From Octopus sinensis (Eukaryota): 64,000 bases of DNA. Positions 1-11,400 of the stretch are shown here, piece after piece. The stretch lies in contig NC_043012.1 in the NCBI RefSeq assembly GCF_006345805.1, forward strand, positions 32,860,001-32,924,000. Reading direction: 5' to 3'. How positions within the stretch are numbered: position 1 is the first letter of the stretch; every line of letters starts with the position of its first letter. The notes under the pieces were generated by a model. The model saw nothing but the letters and a program-made list of their open reading frames with translations. It was not told the DNA's origin and ran no database searches. The translations under genes and the position numbers were made by a program.

Positions 1-93
1 TCTGGGGCACGGTCGTCATTCTGTGAAGTATTCAAAATACCTGCATACCTAAGTCATATCTATCTGCCTATGTGTGTGTGTGTAAGTATGTAT

Positions 94-142
<49 letters not shown>

Positions 143-208
143 TTATAAAAATGGTAAGACAACAAAAGAATGAAAGAGACCTTGATATTATGTAAATAGA
201 GGAATTTA

Positions 209-401
209 TCTGTAAATGTAATATGTGACAATTATTTGGTAGCTATGATAAAACTCTTCAGTTATCCGGCCATCGGAAAAAATGCATTTTTTCCGATGGC
301 CGGATAACTGAAGAGATGGTGGCGTGGATTTCCACCTCGGCATCCGAAACTCGGAGTTTTATCATGGCTACTAAATAATTGTCACATATTACATTTACAG
401 A
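209..401. repeat. Foldback/MITE-like element: 48-bp inverted arms around a perfect 62-bp palindrome
   Basis: Arms 209-256 and 354-401 differ at 2 positions; 254-315 is a perfect palindrome centred on TG|CA at 284/285. Confidence 0.85.
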
Positions 402-771
402 ATATATATATATATTTATTTATTTATATAAAAGCAAATAAATAAATAACAAACAATGGATAATTGTCAGTTCATTACAGCTGTTTCTAATGCATTTTTT
501 AATAGATGAGTGATTACATTACATCATAGCAAAAAACTGTTTTCGTCTGGTGATACATAGAATTTCACACAATAGAAGAACAGTCCATGAACACAGTGGG
601 AACACACCTAGACTCCAGCTCAAGCTGGCCTGGAATGAGAGAATGAACATAGGGCTACAATGACCATTAAAAGGGCTAGAGAGACATTAAGAGTTTAGTT
701 AGCGGGTAGAAATAACAGAAGGTTTATAGCACCATGTTATTTATTTATCTGCTTATAATACACCAAAAGGT

Positions 772-1170
772 TTGACATCTTGGAGTATACCAAACACAGT
801 GTGTGCTTTGGATCAGCTGCTAGGTGTTGAGAGGCAGTTGGATGGAACTTACACTAACCTCCTTATGAGAGCTCAAAATCTCTCGTGGAAGTGTCATCCA
901 ACCAATGTACAAATATATGGGAAACTACTTTTTGTGAAAGGTAGAAGAGTCCAGTTTGCTGGACATTGTTGTAGAGCTGAAAACGAGGTAATTTCTACTC
1001 TTCTCCTCTGGAAGCCATCTGCTCGTGATACCAGAGGGCACACACTCTCCTACCCTGATGTAATCTCCAGGCATCCAGCAACAGGACCTCCGTAATGCTA
1101 TGATGGACCGTGAAGTCTGGTGTAGCATAGTAAATTCCATTGTCTTGACCACGGTCGAATAATGATGATG
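772..1170 (+). mobile_element. 5'-truncated, degenerate non-LTR retrotransposon 3' end (RT C-terminus)
   Basis: LDGTYTNLLMRAQNLSWK..RRVQFAGHC..LLLWKP resembles LINE RT C-termini; short TGA-repeat tail near 1160. Confidence 0.65.
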
Positions 1171-1586
1171 AATACTCATATGGATTATATTTTCTGTATA
1201 CATAACCTGAATATTTCACTGGATGCACTTTAGTATCCAGTGTATTTATTCGACTAAAGGTGGTGTTTATAAGGTAATTTGACCCAACCTGGTGCCTATC
1301 ATTTAAGTACAGGATTCTCTCCTGAATCCTTAATATTGTGTTTGTTTGTGTGTATAGATGAGATCTAGATATTCTCCATATAGAATACTTATAGTGCTCA
1401 AGGATTCAAACTTGAGTGGGCATAAAAGCAAATTAGACAGATCAATATATAATGTAAATACATGAAATACAAAATATGTATATATATATATATATATATT
1501 TATATTTGAGGATAATATCGATATTTAAGTATCAATATTATCAAGTGGCCAGCATGGAAAAAATACCGTACAAAGGTAATAATTTT

Positions 1587-1642
1587 TAACAATTAAAAGT
1601 GAGGGTGTCTGAGAGACACCCAGACACCCTCATTTTTAATTG

Positions 1643-1645
<3 letters not shown>
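1587..1645. repeat. Short hairpin (25-bp arms, 1 mismatch, 9-nt loop), probably a collapsed MITE
   Basis: taacaattaaaagtgagggtgtctg pairs with cagacaccctcatttttaattgtta. Confidence 0.75.
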
Positions 1646-1713
<68 letters not shown>

Positions 1714-2310
1714 GTCTAATTCTTGCAGAGTACAAATGATATAGAAAATTAAAGGAGTGGAAGAAAGGCACTACAAATGCAACAGAGACACTCATACCCA
1801 CTTCCGTAGTTGGCATGGGATTTATGTTTGGTTCCCTAATGAGTTATCAATTTAGGATTTATTGAAAACACTCAATCAGTCCACTGCACTAAGTTCTGAG
1901 CTGTTGCCATTTTAAATATGGTTAAATTCCTGATATTGTCGTCAGTTCCAATGCATGAACCTAAGTTAGCATCAATCTTAACCAATTTTGATGTGGTGAG
2001 TCATTCTCGCTTTTCATTCTTGAAGGGTTTTCTGAGGGTTTATTTTTTTTTTTTTTTAACTTTGCTGTATTCGCTTTAAAACTTTTTATTTTGTAGGTTC
2101 TGCTATAAACATATTTTTATGGTCATGGTAAATTGAACTTTTATTTATTTATTTTTGTCTATTGTGTAATTGGTATTTAACTTCTTCCTCTTTGATATCA
2201 GACATAACAATTAACTTGTAAATTTTAATTTCATAGGCATCAATCAGTTTGTGTATTGATTTTTCTTTTTACATTAGTTTGTTTTTGTTTTTTTTTTTCT
2301 CTTTCTTTAG

Positions 2311-2418
2311 CCTCGGCCAACCCTAATTGCGGTCCCGGTGGGATGATGGCCCAGCAGCAGAGTATTCCACAGCTTAGTGTCTCACAACAGCCTCAGTATT
2401 CACAGATTCCAGGTCCAG
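2311..2418 (+). CDS. KHDC4: KHDC4 exon (108 nt, phase 1-1): SANPNCGPGGMMAQQQSIPQLSVSQQPQYSQIPGP
   Basis: Polypyrimidine tract ending ctttctttag at 2310; donor CAG|gtgagg at 2419; open frame. Confidence 0.8.
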
Positions 2419-5400
2419 GTGAGGCAAAATTCCTTTTTTTTTTTTTTTACTCATGCAGTTTTTATATTTAATTATGAGGGCTAATAAGGGTGTTGTATCT
2501 CATTAATGAAAGCATACTGGTTTGTAATATTTTAGTTTCACTTAAATGTAATATGGTCTTATTATTGTTCACCACTAGAGCACTAAACTGTCTGTTTAAT
2601 GGGATCCAGTTCATTATCCTCATCATTTAACATCCATTTTCCATGCTGGCATGGGTTAGTTGACTTGACTAGAACTGGCAAGCAGGGGGCCTGCACTGGG
2701 TTCCTTTTCTGATTTGGCCATAGTTTCTATGGCCAGATGCCTTTCCTTACTCCAACCAGTTTACAGAGTGAGCTTGGTGCTTTCTACATGGCACCAGCAC
2801 GGTTGCTTTTATGTGGCACCAGCATGGGTGATATGTTGTAGTAATGGTACCGGAGCTTTTTATGTGACACCAGCACTAGTTTAACTTTACTATTTATCTT
2901 TTTAGGGTTGAAAAAACTATGTGCTACTAATATATCCAGTTTGATTTAAATGACTATACCTCTCCTGAACTATATACACTATAGTTCTATATACAGAACT
3001 GTAGTATGCATAGGTCTATTCATACTATAGGAGTATAGTATGTATCTATAGAACAACAGCTGTGTGGGTTGCAGGGAGTTGTTTACAGCTATCAGTTACA
3101 GTTAGTGGGTTACTATGACCTGCTTACAGCTAATGGATTACATTGAGTTGTTTGGACAACTTCCTGCATGCAATAATCTTTGCTTAGTTAGAGTTGGGCC
3201 TGGATTAATGAAACTAACTAAAAATCCCAAAGATGATATCTTGTTAACGGTTGTAGAATTTTGGAATACAAATATTCTGTTTGTATTCCAAGATCCACTA
3301 AATATGTTTAAAAAATACCATTTAAAAGACTGGAATTGTTTGTAGTGAGCTGTTGAAGCTGAATAGTTTGGATACTGAGAATGCAGGTTTTAAACTCAAC
3401 CAAAGCAATTTCTTCATATTGTCTTTTTACATATTTATATTTTTAAAAATATGTGAATTTTTTGTGTAATGAGATAAAAAAAACCAAGGCTGTATAGATA
3501 TTAGAGCATTTATAGACAGAAGGTCTTACAGCTGTTTCTAGGATATTAATTAATAATAACATCCCTTCATCGGAGACGGTGTGAGAGGAAAAGTTAAGTC
3601 ATAGTTAGTTTCAATGTGATACAAATAGAGAGTGAGGTGGAGGAAAGAAAATAGATGTATGGTTATTGAGTTCGTAAATCCGTTTTATAGGCATAATGGT
3701 ATATACACATTAAACTTTACAGCAATATCTAAAAAAAAATCCGACATTAAGATTAATAACAAACTTTCCTTAATTTCTAGGCATGCAGACTGTGACGTCC
3801 TTGCCACCAACCTTTCAGCAAGTTCTGCCAACGTCGTCTGTTGTACTCTCGGCCAATTCTCTTCCTGCGAGTCTGACCAGTATGCCACCACCAACATTGG
3901 TGTCCCAAGCTTCTGCTCAAGGTTTGATTCCTTTTTGAATACTTCAGCTGCAATAACGTTCATCTGAAGTTGTAGAATAATAAGTCTTTCTCTTCTTATT
4001 CCATTGTATACTTGTTTAAAAGGGAAAGAAAATGCCGGCAGGTTTCTTAAGTTTATGAGTCCTATATATTGTTGTTAAAATATTATCAACCCAAAACAAC
4101 TGACAAGGCTCTCTCGAGTGTTTTCCTCCATCGTGCTGTAGCTTATACTTTTATTATTAAGCTTTTCTTATACTTCGTAGTCTACTGTTATCATCATCAT
4201 TTTTTACTTCTACTTTTTCCATGCTGGCATGGGTTAGATGAGACTCATGGTAACTGTAGTCTTAGGTCAAATGTCCTTTCTGTTGCTAATCCTTGTTTGT
4301 TTTTTTAAGTAAGATGTTTTCATTTCACCAATCTTCATATATAAAACCAATGAGCTAGGGGACATATTGTTGGAGGAGGTGTAAACAAATGTCACCATCT
4401 TTCTCAGATTGTATCATTGTTAAAACACACTAAAATAAACATCTACACACACACACACATACACTGGGCTTCCATACAATTTCTATTTATAAATTTCACT
4501 CCTAAGGTTATAATACAAGACACTTGCCCAAGGTTCCAATAGAATTGAACTTGAAACCTTGATTGCAAAATGAGCTTCATAAACACACAGCTATATCTGC
4601 AACTTATAATTTGATTTAGTACTACTACTAATATCACCACTATCATCATCATCATCGTCTTAACATCTACTTTTCCATGGGTCAGACAGAATTTATTTCA
4701 GCAGATTATAAAATGAGTAAAGAGCAGCAGTTAATATGGACATGGATAGACGGACGGACGGACACACACATGCATTTATCTCTTTAGTTTATCACATTAA
4801 TTCATTTATAAGTCAGTTTCTTTGCATTGCTGATAAGTTTGCTAAATTTCTCCAGATTAACAGTATTCTGTTTCAAATATTCAAGTAAATAAACCATTTG
4901 GCAGTTATCAATATATAATATCGTAACCGTACCTTTTTTTTTTTTAAACTTTTCCTACTCCTGCCACCTCCAACAAACACAAACAACTGATATTCTAGGT
5001 TGGATATTCATTCATTGCAAGTTATCTAATCTTATAGCATTTAAGCCAGTCATATCTGGTCCAAATATTCTACCTATTTTATATTCAAAGTGGCCAGATC
5101 CAGCCTCTTACACCTACCTTATAATGTCATTCTAAAATGCCAGAGCGGCTATCTGGCCTCCGTGCTGGTGGCACGTAAAAGACACCATTCGAGCGTGATT
5201 GTTACCAGCATCGCCTTACTGGCACCTGTGCTGGTGGCATGTGTAAAAGATTCGAGCGAGGTCATTGCCAGTACCACCTGACTGGCACGTAAAAGCACCC
5301 ACTACACTCTCAGAGTGGTTGGTGTTAGGAAGGGCATCCAACTGTAGAAACTCTGCCAGATCAAGATTGAAGCCTGGTGCAGCCATCTGGTTCGCCAGCC

Positions 5401-8400
5401 CTCAATCATTCGTCCAACCCATGCTAGCATGGAAAGCGGACGTTAAACGATGGTGATGATGCATCTTTGAAATCTTGAAACTACAAAATAATGCATGGTT
5501 AATTCAAAATAATGCAAATTAATAAGCTTTGTTACATTTGGTAGAATAAGCTGAATGTCAAAGGTTTAAATCTAATTGTTATAGTTGACAGGATCTAATG
5601 TATACGGCACTGTTATATTGGATCAACACCAGAGGTTCATGTCTCGCTGCTAGTGTTATAGCAACTAAAATTTTAAATGTCATCATGCATATTTTGCTTT
5701 ACTATTTCTTTGTGATTATTTTGTAAGTGCAATATTAGCAAAATAGATATTGTATAGTGTGTGTTAGTGTGCTTAATGTAATCTGTGAATGCTTACCTGA
5801 TTGTAATGCATCTGTTCACTAACAAGATATTAACATAAAGATATTTTGGTTGCTGATGATGCAAATGCAAAACTACAGAATTGAAATTTACTCAGTTTTC
5901 TGCTGTTATTGTGTTAGGTTTTTGAACTTAGATTTAGTTGTGGAAATATTCAACTTGACACTTCTTAGCCTTAACAAAACAATCACTTCATATTCAATTA
6001 AGCCAGCTTTAGAAACAACCTTCCAGTTCATAGTTTGATTAGGAAAAATCTAGCTGTGCTGTGAAAGAAAATCCAACCTGCCTGACAATGCCATTATTTC
6101 TATGATAGAAACTGCATGTTTTAAAACAATAATCTAAATTAAAACCTTCCATTCTCATATTAATTTATGTTCCAAAAGAGTGGGTCTGTCTCTGCAGTAT
6201 ATATTGCAACTCTAACATATTATTTTTTGATACCTCATTCTGTGAACTGCAGAACAGTGCTTATTTTAATCTGCAAACATTTCACTTTCTCTGTGCAGGT
6301 ATGGCCAGCTCAGCTAATGCAGGTGGTTTAGTAATTCCTGTTTCCTATTCCACATCACTAACACCTATGCCTATGGTCACAAGTCTCTCAACATCTCCAC
6401 TTCTCTCGGTTGGCGCTGGTAAGCATTCTAAATTGTCTTTGTTATTGTAGACCAAAATTTGAAGCATATTTCTTTCACTCATTTTGGTGTTTGTTTGTTT
6501 GGTTTTTGTTTTTACTTTTATTGTATATGTTAAAATATATAACAGATATGTTACTTTCCATCTTATGTTCAGTTTGACTCATGCAAATACACAAATAATG
6601 TTCTGAAAAGTAATATAATTAAGTATTGGGAGTGATCACATCAAAACCAATACAGGATATTGTCTAATACATTTAGGCATTTCAAGGTATATGTTTTGTG
6701 AATAATTGTTGTTGCTTAGATCCAATCAAGAAAAGTGGAGTATGGATTAGTGAATCAAATATAAAGAGATTACACCAAAAGACAAAAAAATATTTTTAAC
6801 CATAGTAATTGTAGGATTGTAATTTCAGAAACTGATAAATAACTTATCAGTTTTAGATGTTATCTGAAATATTCACTGTAACAGATGGCTGAATACCATT
6901 TTGGTATGGTGAATTGAGGGCAATGTAAGGCTAGAAAAACTTGAAACTATTGCAGTAATTAGAAGTAAAATGTTGCTGATAAAGAATAATTTCAAACTTG
7001 CATACCCGGTACCTCTAAAGACAAAAGTGATAAACCTTGACGATCCAATTAATATGTTGGAGGATATTTTCATAATTGTTATTTCCATATTGTTTTAGGT
7101 CCTCCACCGGCTGCTCCTGCGGGTCAAATGGATGCCAGTGGAAGTTTATTACCAAACGCTTCCCTTCCGCCACCTCTTTTACAAGTCTCAACAGCTCCTG
7201 GTATGAGTCAATATGCAACCACTACAAACGATCCGTTTTTAGGTATTGTCTATTTTTAAATTCATATTAACAAATAACGCAAAACATTTTATGATAGATT
7301 TCTTGAAATAACATAAGAATATCACTAAAAAGAACTTTCTCATTGTTATGCAGGTATTACTGATATATATCAAATTTCTCCTTTATATACTGACATTTTG
7401 TTATAGTTTTCTATATGTATATATATATGTATGTGTATATATATATATATATATATTATGTTATACATTGCATTTCCTTTGTGTTTTTCTCATTGTTAGG
7501 CAATGCTAATTTAGGTAATCCCCAACCTGCCCAAGTGATAGTTGGCCAGCAGACAGTCACCCCTCTTGGTATGTCATTAAGTGGTGGAAACCCTCAGATG
7601 GCCCCCCAATATGGTTCTCCTGTTCCTAATTCAATAGCACCTCCAATGAATGCACTACAACCTGGAGTGCAATTTGTTTCTCAGCAACAGCTCCCGCCAG
7701 CTGGACAACCACCACCACCCTACTATGGACAGGTGAGTTTTTCAATTCTAGTTAATTTTACTTGTATTTGCTAATATTTTCGCCATCATTATAATCATCA
7801 TCTTGGCTTAGGTACAACTGTATCTAAAGCCTCCAGTTATGAGTGTTTCTTTCAAAGATGTATGGTGTATTTGTTCTTTGTTGACGTGTGTTGTAAATAT
7901 TATGTGTGTATGATGGTCTAAAATATGTTACTAGCTATACTCCCTTTTCTTTTACTTGTTTCAGTCATTTCTGAGGCAGTGCTGGGACACCGCCTTGAAG
8001 AATTCCCTTAAGTCAAATGTATTGACTCCAGTACTTGTTTTTTTACAGCCTGGCACTTATTCTATTGGTCTCTTTTGCTGAAACACTAAGTTACAGGGAC
8101 ATAAACATACCAGTACCAGTTTTCATGTGGTGATGGTGGGGACACATAGACAAAAAGATGCACTCTCTCACACACACATACATATATACACACACACACA
8201 CACACAATTGGATTCTTTGAGTTTCTGTTTACCAAATCCACTCACAAAAATTTGGTCGGCCTAAAGTTATAATAGAAGGTACCATGCCGTGGGACTGAAC
8301 CCCAAATCATGTGGTTTGGGAAGCAAGCTTCTTGCCACACAGCCACGACTGCACCTGTTATGAGGAATATTTGAAATAAAATGTAAAACCAGTGATGGGC

Positions 8401-11400
8401 TGAAAACGTATTTGGGGAGGTGTGTCATACACCATATCACCACTCATCTCAATATTTTGGCATCTTTTTTCTAAGGACCAAACTCTTGCCCACCACGCTT
8501 TCCTCCCTCCCTCTCTCCCTCCACCCTCTAGAGCACATTTTCACCCAGTATTTATTCTTCGGTCCCACCCCCTACTGAATTGGCAATTATTTTTCACATT
8601 TTAGGAGTGAATAAGTTAAGTGTTAGTATTATATCAGTAATATTGCCTCTCACAATAATAATGACTAAGATGATGATGATGATATTGAGAGACAATGGCT
8701 CAGCAGAATGTTGCTAAACATAGTATTCTCTGATCATGAATTTGGGTTTGGCACAAAGTTGTTCTTTTTTTATGTAATTAAAAAATTATTTTTCTTCTTT
8801 ATGTGCTATTTTGCACAAGAATAGAATTATTTCGGTTAAATATCAGAAATGAGATTTAACTAAAATAATTCAGTTATGTCCAGTTTCTCTTGCTGTCACT
8901 TCAGAAATGTATTGCTTATATGGTGATTCTGTGTAATGTTGGTGTGTGTGTTTTTTCTGTTTCAGTTTTCTGGTAGTGCTGCTAGTCTGCCGATGAGTCT
9001 TCCTGCAGCTGCCACGTACACTGTTGCTCCAACGACATACGCCATTACAACAACAGGTTATGCCTATAATGTCGGGCCACCGAAAGACGATTCTGTTCAA
9101 CCTCCACCTCCACCACCTCATCATGCACCTCCTTCACAGTCACCCGTCCCGCCACAGCAGCCTCCAAAGCGGAGATTTACTGAAGAGAAACCTGAAGATA
9201 AAATACCAGAGAATTTGTTGGGCTATCAGGTTTGTGTGTAGTTTGTTACTGATAATAGTGAGAAAGAGAATTATTATTCTTATTATTGGAATGGCCCATG
9301 TGGGAGACAGATTGACTCTGTCTTTGACTAATAATTCAGGGTTTTGTGTAGCCAACATTCATAAAAGTTAACATTAACTTTCATTAACCCACACACACCA
9401 CCACCGCCATCCCAACATTGGTAATGTTATAATAATAAAACTGTAATGAACCTTGTGCCTCCATACAGACAATAGTTCATTGTAGAAGGAATTGTTCCAC
9501 TCCAGAGACACATGAAATGCTTACAGAAGTATTTGAAATGTTTTCCCTGAACTTGGCTGTTATTCATCTCATGCTTTCAGCTATTTCATCAGTTCTGTCT
9601 ATCCATTAGTCAATTATAATCTTCACTAAAACATTGGCCTTATCATTATCATCATTTAACGTCTGTTGTTCATGCTGGCATGGGTTGAATGGTGATCAGG
9701 GCTGGTAAGCTGAGGGACTGCACTAGACTCCAGTCTGATTGGTTATGGTTTCTACAGCTGGATGCCCTTCCTAATGCCAGGTATACTTATTCAAAAGAAA
9801 TCACCATGCTATTCAAGAAGCCTAAAATGGCACTGCCTTATGCTTATTTAAGAAATCAACAATACTGTTGTCAAAGATTATTAATGTAAGAAATATTTAT
9901 TTTTGGATAAAAGAATTAGTAGGGTACTGGTCAAAAATATTTTGTATTTAGTTACTTCACTAAATGCCTTTCATCCTTCCAGGGTTGATGAAGTAAACAA
10001 CAATCATATACTGAAATAATGTTTGACTTTATGACAATTTAATAGATCATTATTATTATTTTTAAAACAGCAAGCTGACAAAACCATTAGCACATGGGGC
10101 AAAATGCTTTGCAGCTTTTCCTCTGTCTACTTTCTGAGTTCAAGTTAGGCAAAAGTTGATTTCGCCTTTCATCCTCTTGGGGTCAATAAAATACATACCA
10201 GTTGAATACTGGGGTTGATCTAATCGACTTACCCCTTCCCTCAAATTGCTGGCCTTGTGCCAAAATTTGAAACCAATATTATTGTTATTGTTTGAAATAC
10301 AGAATCAGAATGTCACTCAGAATGCTTTGCTGTTTAAATCTCTCACTTTGGCTTCTGGGTTCAAAGCTTGGAGTTGCTTTTCACTAATCTGTGGTTGATT
10401 CAATCAACTCTTCTCTCTCTTCTATATTCCTATGTTAGAAATCCTTATTATTATTTATTACCTACATGTAGCATTCTTCCCTTGAAATATAAATCTTGTT
10501 ATAAATGTCATGTAGAGTTCCTCCTATCCAGTTTATACTAGAAATGCTGTTGTACAAGATGCATTATTTTTATTCTTAAATGTAACAAACAATTGCATCT
10601 AATGTGACTGTATTCCAGGTGTGATACCAGGTGTATGAAACATTAGATTCATTTTTTTTTCCCCCCCTAACAAAAAAAAAAAGTGTTTGCCTTATGCTAT
10701 GGTGCATCTTCTACATCAGCAAATTCAGTATATCAGTTTTCACATAATGTTCGTATATTTTACAAGTTCCTCACCATCAACTCTTCATTATTGTTTATTA
10801 TAGGCTGTCATTGTTATTAATTTGCAATTTATTCACCACCTGTTTTCATACGCTGCTTCATTATTGTTGTTGTTGTTAGCATGGTCCTCCTCAGTTGGCC
10901 AATATGATTGCTTCTGGTCCTCCACCACCTGTAGTAGGAAGCCATCACCAGTCACCTGTGACACAGTCTTTTACCCAGCCTTTAGTTGCAGTCACTCAGA
11001 CATCTCAGGTTTATGAAGAATTCAGGTAACTTTGCTAATCTGTTCTTCAAATTTCATTTGGATTTTTTATTTCTTTTTTTGTTTATTATCAGTTTGAAAT
11101 TTTATCCATCATCGTCATCATCATTGCCATTGCTATTATATCTGGTGGAAATGGCTGAAACTATTTAAACAGCAGACTAGAAATACTTCTCAATATCTAG
11201 TTTCATCCCTCAGAGTTTGATTCTTGCTGTGGCTAGCAATCATTTTTCAATTATATTCTGGCTCAATAAAATAAGTACCAGTGATATACTGGACTCACTT
11301 TCAATTGATCATACTCTTTCTTCTAGAAAAAGTTGCCTTTTGCTTAGCCAAAGGAAATGATTTGCCATATATATCATATTACAGACTTACAAATTTTAAT

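Noticed and set aside
465-560. Further hammerhead candidates at 465-560 and 47680-47770
   Set aside because: Only the GAAACAGCTGTA half is visible on -; no CUGANGA core at a suitable distance.
3632-3967. ORFs 3632-3967 (+) and 3685-3963 (-)
   Set aside because: They are the off-frame and antisense shadows of the KHDC4 exon at 3781-3921.
11009-11010. Alternative donor CAG|gtttat 17 nt upstream of the chosen donor
   Set aside because: Weaker consensus, and it would shift the frame relative to the next exon; no evidence of use, though a minor NMD isoform cannot be excluded.
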